NCBI GenBank assembly: GCA_963662545.2
Contig: CAXXLL010000003.1
Coordinates: 2,016,001-2,080,000 of the forward strand
Reading direction: 5' to 3'
DNA: 64,000 nt
Source: Gammaproteobacteria bacterium
Lineage (GTDB): Bacteria > Pseudomonadota > Gammaproteobacteria > Ga0077536
The position numbers were made by a program, and so were the translations under genes. This document shows, piece by piece, positions 50,531-61,767 of the stretch. Numbering within the stretch: the stretch's first letter is position 1; the number at the start of each line of letters is the position of its first letter. The notes beneath the pieces are model-generated. The model saw nothing but the letters and a program-made list of their open reading frames with translations, was not told the DNA's origin and searched no databases.

Positions 50531-52300
50531 TCAGGCGAGCCCGGCGCGGCGCAGCCCTTCGCCGTAATGCTCGCGATCTTCTTCTTGCGCGAAAGGAATG
50601 CGGCACAGATGTTCGGTGAGGTCGAAGTTGGGGTAGGTAGTGCGGTATCTGGCTGCCGCTGCGCGAGCTTCTTCGTCGCGGCCGAGGTAGGTAAAGGTCG
50701 CGGCGATCCAGCGCTGGTAGAAAGGCATCGCGTGCGGGTTCTCGAGCCGCTCATAAATAAGCGCGGCGTCGTCGTAGCGCCGGGCGTTGAAGTAGGCAAC
50801 GATGTACTGCATACGGTGCCATTGTCCGAGATTGGCGTTCAGTTCGAACGCGTGGTCAAGTAATTCGATCGCTTTTTCCGATTGCCCATTCAGGGATAGC
50901 GCCTGGCTTAGAAAAGCGTAGCCATCCGGGTCGTTGGGATTGAGATCGATGGCCTTTTCGAACGATTCGATCGCCTTGGCCAGTGCTTTCCCGAAGAAAT
51001 GCACCTGGCCGAGCGCCAGACGGTTGGAGTGCGACGCGGGATCGACTTGTACGCCTCTCTGCGCGATTTCTAGCGCGCGGTCCAATTCAAGGTGCTGCTC
51101 GTCCGACCAGTACTCGTTGTAAGCCATCATGTACGTCCACGCGAGGCTGGCGTAAGCGCGCCCATAAGACGCATCGAGCTCGATCGCCTGTTCATAGAGC
51201 TTGCGCGCGGCGAGGTTGTCGTCGCAATTCATGTGATAGAACAGCTCCCGGCCGCGCAATACCAGGTCATAAGCCTTGGGATCCTCCGTATGGGTATCTG
51301 TCCCCACGCGGCGCCGTTCGGTGTCGACGAGCTGTCCCACCAAGGTTGCGACGATCTTGCTCGTCAATTCGTCCTGCACGGCGAACACATCTTCCAACCG
51401 CCGATCGAAGCGCTCAGCCCAGATATGATGCCCGCCCTCCGCTTCGATGAGCTGGGCGGTGACGCGAACGCGATCGCCGGCCTTGCGGACGCTGCCTTCG
51501 AGAATATATCGCACGCCGAGTTCGATGCCGATCTGCTGCGCATTGACCGCATTGTCTTTATAGGTAAACGATGAATTGCGGGCGGTGACGACAAGCTCTT
51601 TAAAACGGGACAACGCGGTGATGATGTCTTCGCTGATGCCGTCCGCGAAATAGCTCTCCTCCGCATCGTCACTCATATTCGTGAAGGGGAGCACGGCAAT
51701 CGACGGTCGCGCGTGCGTTTTTGATGCTGCCGTCCTCGGTGCCGCGCTTTTCGATTCGCTTTCAGGCTCAGCCTCTGACCGCGGACCGATTCGGTAGACT
51801 CGCACCGGTTTGGCGATGTTCTTGACTTCGTGCTCGCCGACAAAATTAATCGTAGCCTTGATCTTTCCATCGACGAAATCGTGCGCCGTTCCGGATAGCG
51901 CGATGCCGCCGGGGTCTGCGAGACTTTCGAGCCGCGCTGCGATATTGACGCCGTCACCATAAATCGTGCCGTCGTCCTGTTCGATTACATCGCCGAGATT
52001 GATGCCGATTCGAAAACGCATGCGCCGTTCATGCAGCAGCATCACATTGCGCTCCTCGAGTTCGGTTTGGATCTCGAGAGCCCCATCCACCGCTTCAACG
52101 ACGCTCTCGAACACGGCGAGGACACTGTCACCTGCCGTGTCGACGACGCGGCCGGCGTGGTCTGCAACGGAATGCGAGAAGACGTCGCGATAGGCATTGA
52201 GTGTCTTGACGGTGGCTTTTTCATCGGTTCCCATGAGACGGGAGTAGCCCGCTACGTCTGCGCTCAAGATCGCTCTAAGTCGTCGTTTGGATTCAGCCAT
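50531..52300 (-). CDS. Class III adenylate/guanylate cyclase with TolB-like and TPR domains
   Basis: ADVAGYSRLM, AGDS, GDGVNIAARLE, SIAVLPF.N, TPR repeats. Confidence 0.93.
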   Translation of the reverse strand: MAESKRRLRAILSADVAGYSRLMGTDEKATVKTLNAYRDVFSHSVADHAGRVVDTAGDSVLAVFESVVEAVDGALEIQTELEERNVMLLHERRMRFRIGINLGDVIEQDDGTIYGDGVNIAARLESLADPGGIALSGTAHDFVDGKIKATINFVGEHEVKNIAKPVRVYRIGPRSEAEPESESKSAAPRTAASKTHARPSIAVLPFTNMSDDAEESYFADGISEDIITALSRFKELVVTARNSSFTYKDNAVNAQQIGIELGVRYILEGSVRKAGDRVRVTAQLIEAEGGHHIWAERFDRRLEDVFAVQDELTSKIVATLVGQLVDTERRRVGTDTHTEDPKAYDLVLRGRELFYHMNCDDNLAARKLYEQAIELDASYGRAYASLAWTYMMAYNEYWSDEQHLELDRALEIAQRGVQVDPASHSNRLALGQVHFFGKALAKAIESFEKAIDLNPNDPDGYAFLSQALSLNGQSEKAIELLDHAFELNANLGQWHRMQYIVAYFNARRYDDAALIYERLENPHAMPFYQRWIAATFTYLGRDEEARAAAARYRTTYPNFDLTEHLCRIPFAQEEDREHYGEGLRRAGLA

Positions 52301-52555
52301 TAAGGATTGATTCTCAATTCAGCGGCGTTCGAATTCGATGCGCCGCCGGTTAAAACAGATGTCGCCGAAAAGACTCGATATATCCCTTCGCCCGTCCAGG
52401 TCCATTCTCGTGGAGGTTTTCTAATTATAGGAGGTTCGCCGCAAAGGGTGGCGGGAGAGTATGCCAACGGTCCGGTAAGCTCCTTAGAGTCGTCCCTGGA
52501 GACAGAGTTCAACGAGCCGCTTATGACTCGGTTTCTTGAAGGCGATTCATCTAAT

Positions 52556-54820
52556 TCAGTCGAGCAATGCCTTGTCGCTGGCGAAACGGTCCAGCACGTT
52601 CTTGGTCATGCGCGAGACATTGTTCCGGTAGTTATTGTGTGACAACGATCCGGGCCAGGCCATCGAGCTGGTCGAGAAGACGCCGCCACCGTTCGACGTC
52701 GGATAGAACACGATGTCGGCGCGTACGAGCTCGCTTTCGTGACCGCCGAGACCCGGATAGTTGATCAACAATTCCTCGCAGACGACGAGATAGATATCGG
52801 TGTGGCCTTCGGACGAGGCGAGCAGGTAGGCGCCCGGCGGCGTGCCGAGCAGGCGATCCGCTCGATCGAGTTCAAGTCCCGCGGCGCCGCCGCCGATCAG
52901 ACCGAAATCGCCGATGCGCTCGTCGGTGCCAATCCCCGCCATGATCCATTTGACTTCGCGCTTGCGAGCATCCGGTTTCTGGGCGTAATAGGACGATATG
53001 TCGAAGCCCTGCGCGGTGAACCCGGTGCCGGCGATGGCCTGCGGTGCGCGGCCATTGCGCCGCCACAAGCCGCCGTATTCGCCGGTGAACGAGTGGTAGT
53101 ACTCGCCCGTGCGGGCCTCCCAGGCGCGGATGCCGCCCTCCCCGCGGCGTACTTCCATGACGCCGGGCAGTTCGCCGTGATAGGCGATGCGCCAGTACCA
53201 GCCGTTCGCGCCGAGGTACATCAGGCGCCCGCCGCGTTGCTGATAGGTGTCCATTGCGTCCCACATTTCCTTGGAATGGTATTCCGGGTGTGACCCGGTC
53301 AAGACGACCTTGTAAGGCTCGATGGCGGCAACGCCTTGTTGATGAAGCTCCTCGTCGGTGATCACGTCGTAGTCGTACTTCAAGGCTTCCAGCCAATCGA
53401 TGGTGTGGGTGTCGGCGTTGAACTGCCACAGACTTGAATATTCCCCGCCGATCCATGACCGGTACTTGGGGCGCATGTTCAGGATGGGGCGGAGCCGGGA
53501 GGAATAGCACACGCCCGAGCCGTCGCTGTGCGTGTCGTAGCAGCTCCCCCCGTATTCGCGATGGACGCTGCGGTATTCGTCCTGCTGGTTGTGCTCCACC
53601 AGCCGGCCGCCGAGCAATTGTCCGATCGAAGCGTCGTTGACCATCTGCTCGTTGGCATACGCGAGGTAGCTCGCGGTCGGGAGCAGAAAGCAGATTTTGG
53701 CCGTGGCCTTGCCGCGAGGCGGCAGTACCGCGAACGGTACGTAATCTTCTTCCTCGACGGACTTGCCGCAGCTCAGGCGCGCGGCATAGAGCCCGCTCTT
53801 GAGATTGTTCGGTATGGTTAACGAGAAATCGACCTCCCAGCCGGCGTCGTAGATGTCGTCGTCATGAAAGTGAATCGCGCCGTAGTGCTCGGGCGCGTGG
53901 CGCCAGCACATCTCCGCGCCCGACCAATTCCATCCGGTCATGCCCCGGACGGGAAGTTGAGCGGTGCGGCCATGCAGACGATTCGGTGACATATCCGTGA
54001 CGGTGGTGCCCGTAATGCCGATCGAAAAGTCCCAAGCAGCGACGACGTCGGTGATCAGTTCCGCGTTGATCGGAAGGTTCTTCATGGTCTGCATTTCGAC
54101 CCGGTCGAGCGCCCGCCGTACGATGCGCGGACTGTCAATCTTGCCGTTGAAGTGGTGGGTACAAACCGTGCGCCCCTTATCGCGGCGTTTGAACTGGGCG
54201 CCGATGGTCACGGGATCGGGGTGGCCCGGGATCCTGGCAAACTTCGATTTGTGCCTTTTTAGCGCCGCGTCGTTCGTTAGCTCGTGGGTGTGGAGGGGCT
54301 CCTGCACGAGCGTGATGTTCCTGCTCTTGGCATCGAAACTCGCGGCGATGAAATACCACTCGTGCGCGAGCAGCGGCTTTCCGGTCGTCACGCTTTGCAC
54401 CTTGCGTTTACCCGCGCCGATCGTGAGTTCCACGCCGCTGTTGTCCGCTGCGATCGAGAGACACGCGCCGGTCTGCGAGCGCTCGGACCAATTCGCGATG
54501 ATGGCCTGGCGTCCTTTTTCCGGCGTCGTCGGCCAGATGAAGGCCTGCAGGGTGAAACTTTCCAGATTCTGAAAAGCTTCCGATGCATCGATTTCGACGA
54601 ACGAACCGCCATGGATGATCTGCCTGCGACCTTTGTACTTGCCGGTGACGCCGGTCTTGACCACCTTTTCCTTGTAGCCCGGGCCATCGGGATTCATGTC
54701 GCCGCAGATGAGCTTGACGATGTCGGCCTTGAACGCGGGCGCTTCACAGTTGACCATGAATTTGATCGTCTCGCTCGGAGCCGCGCTGATGCGGTCTGCG
54801 TATGCGGTTATCTTCATCAT
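52556..54820 (-). CDS. dmfA2: N,N-dimethylformamidase large subunit-like
   Basis: 754 aa; YGAIHFHDDD, YLAYAN, YD.HSDG, SHPEY, YLGANG.YW. Confidence 0.85.
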   Translation of the reverse strand: MMKITAYADRISAAPSETIKFMVNCEAPAFKADIVKLICGDMNPDGPGYKEKVVKTGVTGKYKGRRQIIHGGSFVEIDASEAFQNLESFTLQAFIWPTTPEKGRQAIIANWSERSQTGACLSIAADNSGVELTIGAGKRKVQSVTTGKPLLAHEWYFIAASFDAKSRNITLVQEPLHTHELTNDAALKRHKSKFARIPGHPDPVTIGAQFKRRDKGRTVCTHHFNGKIDSPRIVRRALDRVEMQTMKNLPINAELITDVVAAWDFSIGITGTTVTDMSPNRLHGRTAQLPVRGMTGWNWSGAEMCWRHAPEHYGAIHFHDDDIYDAGWEVDFSLTIPNNLKSGLYAARLSCGKSVEEEDYVPFAVLPPRGKATAKICFLLPTASYLAYANEQMVNDASIGQLLGGRLVEHNQQDEYRSVHREYGGSCYDTHSDGSGVCYSSRLRPILNMRPKYRSWIGGEYSSLWQFNADTHTIDWLEALKYDYDVITDEELHQQGVAAIEPYKVVLTGSHPEYHSKEMWDAMDTYQQRGGRLMYLGANGWYWRIAYHGELPGVMEVRRGEGGIRAWEARTGEYYHSFTGEYGGLWRRNGRAPQAIAGTGFTAQGFDISSYYAQKPDARKREVKWIMAGIGTDERIGDFGLIGGGAAGLELDRADRLLGTPPGAYLLASSEGHTDIYLVVCEELLINYPGLGGHESELVRADIVFYPTSNGGGVFSTSSMAWPGSLSHNNYRNNVSRMTKNVLDRFASDKALLD

Positions 54821-54878
54821 CGGATTGTTCCTTCTTATCGAAGATTCGCGATCCTATTGATCGCGTCGGGGACTTTTA

Positions 54879-55205
54879 TTAATCGCGTAAGGTTTCGCCG
54901 GTGAGTGCTTTCCACCGTTGCTTGAAGACATACCATTCCGCATCGGCGCGCTTCCTAAAGCGCCTGTTGAGCATCTTCAACGGTTTGCCGCGGACACCGC
55001 TCGCTTTCGCAAGCTGCCATTCGCGGTTCGGCTTCACCACGACCACGCAGAACTTGTCCTCCATCGGTGCCCCGCGCATGCGATTCAACAGAATTTGCAA
55101 ATCGGGGCTGTGATGTCCGATCGGGTTTCTTTTGAATTCTTCGATCAACTGCCGATCGTCAGGCGGGGGGCGTTCGATCGGTGTGGCGTGACTGGTGTTC
55201 GCCAT
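54879..55205 (-). CDS. N,N-dimethylformamidase small subunit-like
   Basis: EFK.NPIG.HSP.LQ.LL, AEW.VF..RW; adjacent to the large subunit. Confidence 0.7.
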   Translation of the reverse strand: MANTSHATPIERPPPDDRQLIEEFKRNPIGHHSPDLQILLNRMRGAPMEDKFCVVVVKPNREWQLAKASGVRGKPLKMLNRRFRKRADAEWYVFKQRWKALTGETLRD

Positions 55206-55397
55206 GGTCTTTATCCTTCCCTCGGTAAGGATTGGAAATCATCTCGAATGTGAGGCTTGCTTGCAATCCGCTCGGGGGGTCGCCCTCATCATGAATCGGG
55301 TGATACATTGAGGGAGGAAGCCGCGGAAGAAGCCCGCGTGCGGGCGAAATACGGCAAATGCTAGTGCGCTTATACATTGCGATAGGAGAGTTAAACC

Positions 55398-56432
55398 TTG
55401 CGAAACTTGAATGATTTTGATGCCTTGGTAACGGCTGCTAATGCAGACCTGGACGATCCCGGACGCAACCGCGCGATGTTTGGGAAGGCCGGCGAACGCC
55501 CCCGATTCGAGGTCTATCACGCGGGCCTGTCAATCTGTTCGCAGAAAGTTCGTGCGGTACTCGCTGAAAAAAACACGCCATACAGGTCCCACGAGATGGT
55601 GATCCTGGCCAGTGGCGGCATCTACTAGGATGATTTCAAACCCGCGGAAAACTACCGGCCCAGTTTCGTGAAGCTCAGGCTTGCGGGCGGTGCGCATCTC
55701 AAATCGAAACTCGCAGCAGCGCACACGGGTCGCTCTTCAGTCGAGACCGAGGGCTTCGATCCCTGCGTTGTTCCGGTCCTCGCGGACCGCGAGACTAACG
55801 AGATCTTCGTGGACTCCAAGGTCATCTGCGAGCATATCGATCGGGTAGTCCCAACTTCTGATCCCTTGATTCCGGACGATCCGGCGCTTGCAGATCGGGT
55901 CGAGCAGCAGGTTCGCGTCGTCGACCAGACGCCGCATCCGGGCGTCTTGTATGGTTTTCACCCAGATGATGATCGCCGCCCGGACTTCATTAAGGCCGTC
56001 ATGGCCGACGTCTACGACAACAAGTGTCATGCGCTCAATCAACTCATCGAGCAGAATCGCGAGGATGCCGATCTGGTTCGGGCGTACGAAAGCAAAATCG
56101 CCAAGGAACAGGCGGGGAAAGCGCGCGCCCGCGACGCCGACGCGCAGCACGCCGTTCGTGCGGAATTCATCGCGCTTATCGAGGAACTGGATGAGACGCT
56201 GGGCGTGTCGGACGGAGATTGGATCTTGGGCGATCGGTATACACTCGCCGACCTCATGTGGGGCATCAGCCTTTACCGCATGCAGTGGCTGGGCCTAGGT
56301 CACCTCTGGGACGAACGTCCACGGGTGGGTAGGTATGCGAGCCGCGCCTACAAGCGCCCTTCAGTGAGGGATGCCGTGATCAATTGGCCGTCGCCGATGC
56401 CGCCGTCACCGCATACTATGGACGTTCATTGA
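55398..56432 (+). pseudogene. GST-family protein with an in-frame TAG at 55626-55628
   Basis: SICSQKVR before the stop; same frame continues DDFKPAENY...VVPVL...DSKVI...YTLADL. Confidence 0.82.
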
Positions 56433-56463
56433 TCTAGATTCGCTGCCTTGCGGGCGATTAAGT

Positions 56464-57267
56464 TTATTTCCTGAACCGGTAAACGAACCGGTCGGTCCGC
56501 CGTCTGATCTTGTCGTCGAACACGCTCAGCGTGTGATCGTCGTCGGGATTCACCAATGCCTGGCTTTCGGCCTCGAACGCGAATCCCCGGGCCTCGATAC
56601 CCCGGCGTGCGAACAGCTTGCCGATCCGGTGCAGGTCCTGGGCGCGTTTCGCGCCCGTTCCCTCGACTGCCGCGTGATCGATGACGACGAGTTTGCCACC
56701 GGGCTTGAGCGCCGCGTGAAGCTGCGCGAGAAAGTAATCGCGTCCCGGTTGCGGCCAGAAGGCGGCGTGGAAATAGAGGTCGTGGTAGACGAGTCCAAGG
56801 AATATGACATCGAACCGCTCCTGCCCCAATCGGAGGTCGTTCATTTCCGACAACAGTATTTCGACGTTGGACAAGCGATTGTCAGCGAAACGTTGGTCCG
56901 CAAGTTCTCCCGAGAAATTGCGAAAAGCCGCGTTCGTATGCGCGACGACCTTGCCCGACGGGCCGACCACTCGGGAGAAGAGTTCACTCCAATAGCCGCC
57001 CCCTGCGAATAAATCGAGTACCTGCATCCCGGGCTTGAGGCCGGTGAACGGCAGTATCTCGGCGGGTTTACTGGTCTGATCGCGTTTGCGATCCCGCTCC
57101 CAGCGGGTGTCGTATTCGATCGCGTCGGTGATGTATTTCGGTGACTCCGCTGCGCAGGCGTTCGAGGTCGGAGTGGTGAGTACGATTAGGCACAGCAGGG
57201 TAGGCAGTCGACATCGAAATTCTCGTCCCATGATCGCCTGTTCTCCCATCGTCGGAATCCTAACCAC
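56464..57267 (-). CDS. Secreted predicted SAM-dependent methyltransferase
   Basis: KP.EIL.F.G.KPG..VLD..AGGGY, YHD, LKPGG....IDH, HRI, TDRFV. Confidence 0.85.
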   Translation of the reverse strand: MVRIPTMGEQAIMGREFRCRLPTLLCLIVLTTPTSNACAAESPKYITDAIEYDTRWERDRKRDQTSKPAEILPFTGLKPGMQVLDLFAGGGYWSELFSRVVGPSGKVVAHTNAAFRNFSGELADQRFADNRLSNVEILLSEMNDLRLGQERFDVIFLGLVYHDLYFHAAFWPQPGRDYFLAQLHAALKPGGKLVVIDHAAVEGTGAKRAQDLHRIGKLFARRGIEARGFAFEAESQALVNPDDDHTLSVFDDKIRRRTDRFVYRFRK

Positions 57268-57375
57268 TTGGCTATTTCATCACCTGGCTCGACAACGGCC
57301 AGCCCCTACCCGCAATGCGCATCATGGATCGACTTTTGGAGGAAGAGTAAAAACACGCTTCGCGGCTAACGCCAT

Positions 57376-58899
57376 TCAAGCGGCAAGTTCCGGGGTGTTC
57401 TCGGGCGCACGGCGGTAATGCGTCGCCTGCTCGAAACCGTAGGCGAGGCGGAACAGCTTCGGTTCGGCGTACTGATGGCTGATGATTTCGAGCCCGACCG
57501 GCAGGCCTTGATCCGTAAAACCCGCCGGCACGCTGATCGCGGGCATCCAGGTCTGCGAGGCGATGAGTGTGTTGGTCGGGAAGGCGAGAGTCGGCCACAT
57601 GCCTTCGTCGCAATCGCGTATCAATGGCGGCACCACCTGGACGCTGGGGTAGATCAGGGCATCGAGCTCGCTGCCCGACAGAACGTTCTGCGTCGTCCGC
57701 GCGAATTCCTCGCGCGCTGCCAGACGTTGATAATACATCGGGTCGTATTCCGGCCGGTCCGGACCGAAGCCGCATTGTTCGAGCAGGTCACACGCCGGAT
57801 CGTAGCGGCGGCTTTCGATCAGTTGGTTCAGGCTACGGACGGGTGCGTCGGGCCGCGCACCAAGGAATGAGTTGATGTCGAACTTGGTCCGGTTGACATA
57901 GAGCAGGGTCGCGCCGATGTGGTGCGCGAGATCCGGGATCTCTACTTCGAGTATCGTCGCGCCCGCCTTCTCAATCGCCGTGACGGCTTTGCGGATGACC
58001 TCATTCACCGGAGCGGCGTATTCGTTGTCTTCGGATCCGAGGGCGTTCGTCACTAGCCCCAGCCTCGCGCCGTTCAAGCCGTCGGCCGCGAGGTGCGCAG
58101 TGTAGGTTTCAGGTGCCCGCGCCACGTGGTAGGCAGCGGTAAGCGAATCCGCCGGATCATAGCCGACGAGCGTATTGAAGACCGTTGCGGCATCGCTCAC
58201 GGTGCGGCTCATCGGGCCGATGGTGTCCTGGAAGAAAATCAGGCAGGCGACGCCGTCGCGGCTGATCAATCCCGGCGTGCTGCGCACTCCGACGAGATTG
58301 TTGAACGACGAGGGCACGCGGATCGATCCCCCACAATCGGTGCCGAGGGATATCGTCGCGAGGTTTGCCGCGGTCGCCGCGCCGCTGCCGGAGCTCGAAG
58401 CGCCCGGATCGCGAGCTAGGGCGTAGGGATTCAAGGTATGGCCGCTCATCGAGGAATAGCCGAACCAGCTCGTCGCGAAATCCGGCAGCGTCGTCTTCGC
58501 GAGGATGATGGCGCCCGCTTCGCGGAGCTTGCGCACCACCGTGGCGTCGGATTTCGGCCGGTATCGGGCGAAGGCGATGTTGCCGAATGTCGTTGGCGCA
58601 TCGTTCGTCTCTATGCAGTCCTTGACCAGTACGGGTATGCCATGCAGCGGCCCGGTGAATTCACCGGCGCGCGCAAACGCATCGTCCAGTTCCGCCGCAC
58701 GTTCCCGCGCGTTTTCATTGATGTTCACGATGCAGTTTATCTTCGGGCCTGCCTGATCGTAGGCATCGATGCGGCGCAGGTAACATTCGACCAGATCCGC
58801 CGCGTTCAGCGTGCCGCCCCTCATGGCTTCGTGGATCTCTCCGATCGTGGTTTCTTCGACGCGAAATTGTGTTGCGATGGCGGGCTGTTGCTCGGGCAT
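57376..58899 (-). CDS. Amidase-signature family amidase
   Basis: VKD, PGASSSGS, GTDCGGSIRVP. Confidence 0.93.
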   Translation of the reverse strand: MPEQQPAIATQFRVEETTIGEIHEAMRGGTLNAADLVECYLRRIDAYDQAGPKINCIVNINENARERAAELDDAFARAGEFTGPLHGIPVLVKDCIETNDAPTTFGNIAFARYRPKSDATVVRKLREAGAIILAKTTLPDFATSWFGYSSMSGHTLNPYALARDPGASSSGSGAATAANLATISLGTDCGGSIRVPSSFNNLVGVRSTPGLISRDGVACLIFFQDTIGPMSRTVSDAATVFNTLVGYDPADSLTAAYHVARAPETYTAHLAADGLNGARLGLVTNALGSEDNEYAAPVNEVIRKAVTAIEKAGATILEVEIPDLAHHIGATLLYVNRTKFDINSFLGARPDAPVRSLNQLIESRRYDPACDLLEQCGFGPDRPEYDPMYYQRLAAREEFARTTQNVLSGSELDALIYPSVQVVPPLIRDCDEGMWPTLAFPTNTLIASQTWMPAISVPAGFTDQGLPVGLEIISHQYAEPKLFRLAYGFEQATHYRRAPENTPELAA

Positions 58900-59148
58900 G
58901 AGAGAACTTCGCTTTTCTGATGCTAATTCAACGGGACGTAGATGGAATTATCGCACCGTTCAAGTCCGCGAATCTCATTACCGGTCGTGATTTCTCAGTT
59001 TCCTGCTGATCAGGCCCAGGCGGGCGGATCTCTAGGTGTGCACGATAGACACCCACGAGCAGCCTAGCTATCTTTAACAGCCTGTTTATCGACCCGATGG
59101 TTTCATGGACCGCCGGCGCGGCGGTTGTCATCGAAAGGGGAGCGTAGC

Positions 59149-60567
59149 ATGGAAAATCTCATGAGGCTGAGTGCCGTCGAACAAGCGCGTCTCATACGTA
59201 AGGGCGAAGTGTCCGCAGATGAGATGGTCGAGGCGGCGATCACCCAGATCGAAAAATTGAATCCGGACTTGAACGCCGTGGTCCTGCCGATGTACGACAT
59301 GGCCCGTGCCGCGGTGGGTGAGCTCACCGGCGCGGAGCCGCTGTCGGGTGTACCCGTGCTTTTGAAGGACGTGCTGGCAGAGTACGAAGGCGCACCGATG
59401 ACCGAGGGTTCGCGCTTTTTGCGCGGCTATGTCTCGGCGCGCGACAGCGAACTCGTCTCACGCTACCGAAGCGGCGGACTGGTCGTAGTGGGCAGGACAA
59501 ACGCGCCCGAGTTCGCCTCGAAACCGACCACTGAACCCGAACTCTACGGAGCGACACTCAACCCCTGGGACAAGAGCCGTTCACCCGGCGGGTCTTCGGG
59601 CGGCGCCGGCGCCGCCGTGGCCGCAGGTATGGTTGCCGTCGCGCATGCCAACGACGGCGGCGGCTCGACCCGCATTCCCGCGGGCAACTGTGGATTGGTC
59701 GGTCTCAAGCCGACGCGCGGCCGGAATCCGCTGGGACCTGACTATGGTGACGTCGGCGCCGCCGGTCTCCTGTGTGAACACGTCGTCACCCGCACCGTGA
59801 TGGATACCGCCGTGGTGCTCGACATCACGGCCGGCGCCGATGTCGGCGCGCCATTCTTCCCGCCGCCACCGGCCCGACCGTTCGCCGAGGAAGTCGGCGC
59901 CGATCCGGGCCGGCTCAAGATCGCATTCAGCACACAAGCGATCGTCCCGACCGAGGTCCATCCCGACTGCCAGCAGGCGGCGCGCGAAGCGGCCGCGCTG
60001 TGCGAAGACCTGGGGCACCACGTTGAAGAGGCCAGGCCCGAGGTCTCGGGTGAGCACTTCACACAGTTCTTCACCACCATCTGGTGCGCGATGGTCGCGT
60101 GGATGATCCGCGATTGGTCGCGGCGCACCGGGGTGACGCCGAGCCCGGAATATTTCGAGCTGCATACCTGGAAGATGTTCGAGGTGGATGAGAAGCGGCG
60201 GCCGTCGGATCTTCTGCTCGCGATCCACGACATGCACCTATTCGCGCGCGAAGTCGCGCCCTTCTTCGAGACCTACGACGTGTGGCTGACGCCGACGATG
60301 ATCGAGCCCCCCGTACCGATAGGGTACTTCGATTTCAATCCGGAGGTCCCGCGCCAATCGACCGAGCGCATGGAGAACATCCCGCGGTTTACGGCACCGG
60401 CGAACGCGACGGGCCAGCCGGCGATATCGCTGCCGCTTTACTGGAACAAGGACAATCTGCCGATCGGCGTGCACCTGATGGGCCGCTATGCGGACGAGGC
60501 AACCCTGTTCCGCCTCTCGGCACAGCTCGAAGCCGCCCGGCCCTGGGTCCATCGCTGGCCGGAATAA
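59149..60567 (+). CDS. Amidase-signature family amidase (NylA-like)
   Basis: [28 protein letters not shown]. Confidence 0.93.
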   Translation: MENLMRLSAVEQARLIRKGEVSADEMVEAAITQIEKLNPDLNAVVLPMYDMARAAVGELTGAEPLSGVPVLLKDVLAEYEGAPMTEGSRFLRGYVSARDSELVSRYRSGGLVVVGRTNAPEFASKPTTEPELYGATLNPWDKSRSPGGSSGGAGAAVAAGMVAVAHANDGGGSTRIPAGNCGLVGLKPTRGRNPLGPDYGDVGAAGLLCEHVVTRTVMDTAVVLDITAGADVGAPFFPPPPARPFAEEVGADPGRLKIAFSTQAIVPTEVHPDCQQAAREAAALCEDLGHHVEEARPEVSGEHFTQFFTTIWCAMVAWMIRDWSRRTGVTPSPEYFELHTWKMFEVDEKRRPSDLLLAIHDMHLFAREVAPFFETYDVWLTPTMIEPPVPIGYFDFNPEVPRQSTERMENIPRFTAPANATGQPAISLPLYWNKDNLPIGVHLMGRYADEATLFRLSAQLEAARPWVHRWPE

Positions 60568-60677
60568 CGAGAAAAGGATTTTCTCTTAGCGTATTTACGA
60601 CCATCGTAGCGATCCAGATTGAAACGCCGGCTCTCAGCGCCTAGGAGGTACTTGTCAGTACCTTCGGTAGCGTTGAT

Positions 60678-61355
60678 CTACTCGACCTTACGGGTACGCA
60701 GACTGGTTTTTATAACCCAAATGATCATGCCCACCGAAATCGCGATCCAGATACCGCCCCACATCACCGTCGCGCCGCCGAATTCTTCGGCCAGCATACG
60801 CGCGTCGGAGCGCAGGTGAGCGCGATCAATGGTATCGCTCCAGATATCTAAAGGCGCGTAACTCATGCTCGTCAGGCCAATTATGCGTAACACGAAGTCG
60901 TTGACGGCTTCGCTCCCCCAGCGCGAAAGCGCGATCAGTCCTGCGCCGGTGGCAAGGGTGAACCCCAGGCCGTACAGGTTCCGCATGAACCAGGCCGCGA
61001 TCACGAGTATCAAGATGCCCAACAAAGCACTGATCAAGCGATCTTTATCGGTATAAACGGTGACCAGGAAGATCAAAGCTCCCCACAGCAGCGAACCGAG
61101 ATAACCGGCACTTAAGGTCAAAAAACGTATGTCACCCGCCGCGCGTACGTGCCCACCCTGACTCTGATTGATCTCCATCTCGATGACGACACCGCCAGTG
61201 GCGACGGCGGTGAGTGCGTGTGAGGCCTCGTGAAAGAAGACCACTAAGGTTTTAAGGGGAGCCAGAAAGGGCGTGGGCCAGAGCGCGAACACGAGGATCA
61301 GGAGCGCCAACAGGTAAACCACCCGAGGAGACCCGCTGCGAGTCGGGCCGGTCAC
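60678..61355 (-). CDS. M50B-like intramembrane metallopeptidase
   Basis: FHEASH, AGYLG, SDA; multiple TM segments. Confidence 0.85.
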   Translation of the reverse strand: MTGPTRSGSPRVVYLLALLILVFALWPTPFLAPLKTLVVFFHEASHALTAVATGGVVIEMEINQSQGGHVRAAGDIRFLTLSAGYLGSLLWGALIFLVTVYTDKDRLISALLGILILVIAAWFMRNLYGLGFTLATGAGLIALSRWGSEAVNDFVLRIIGLTSMSYAPLDIWSDTIDRAHLRSDARMLAEEFGGATVMWGGIWIAISVGMIIWVIKTSLRTRKVE

Positions 61356-61714
61356 GAAGATTTCTTGAGGGAGTCGCCGCGATATAAGGTCTGGACTTCT
61401 ATGCGGTCCGGATTGAAATGTGCCTGTAGGATGGGAATAGCGCGCTCCGGCTCCGCCTTACCGCACATAAAGATATCGAATGCGGCGAATCCTTGCTCGG
61501 GCCACGTATGAACGCTGATATGAGACTCCGTCAAGCAAACGACGCCGGTGATCCCGAGCGGCGTAAAACGATGGAAGTATTCATGGAGTAGCGTAGCACC
61601 CGTTTGTTCAATTATTTCTTCGATGGCGTTGCGAACCGAACGTTCGCAGTCGAGATTCGATGCACCGTGAAGATCGACGATGACATGGGATCCCGTTCCC
61701 GGTTTCATCAACAA
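61352..61714 (-). CDS. speD: S-adenosylmethionine decarboxylase proenzyme
   Basis: GITG...L.ESHISVHTWPE, DIFMCG. Confidence 0.92.
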   Translation of the reverse strand: MLMKPGTGSHVIVDLHGASNLDCERSVRNAIEEIIEQTGATLLHEYFHRFTPLGITGVVCLTESHISVHTWPEQGFAAFDIFMCGKAEPERAIPILQAHFNPDRIEVQTLYRGDSLKKSS

Positions 61715-61767
61715 ACCGCCGCGCGGGTCGAACGGAAAATTCGCGTTAAATCGAACCGTCGCACGCT

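Noticed and set aside
50531-52300. Nucleotide cyclase as an anti-phage (Pycsar/CBASS-like) system
   Set aside because: It has the common cyclase-TolB-TPR signalling architecture and no adjacent effector gene.
5998-56432. Genome-wide TAG recoding or a pyrrolysine system
   Set aside because: Several genes clearly end in TAG at their expected C-termini and no pyl genes or tRNA are visible; kept only as low-interest findings.
1033-60237. Numerous long antisense or alternate-frame ORFs in the track (for example 1033-1695, 24905-25618, 59581-60237)
   Set aside because: Shadow ORFs of GC-rich genes with Arg/Ala/Pro-rich composition and no motifs.
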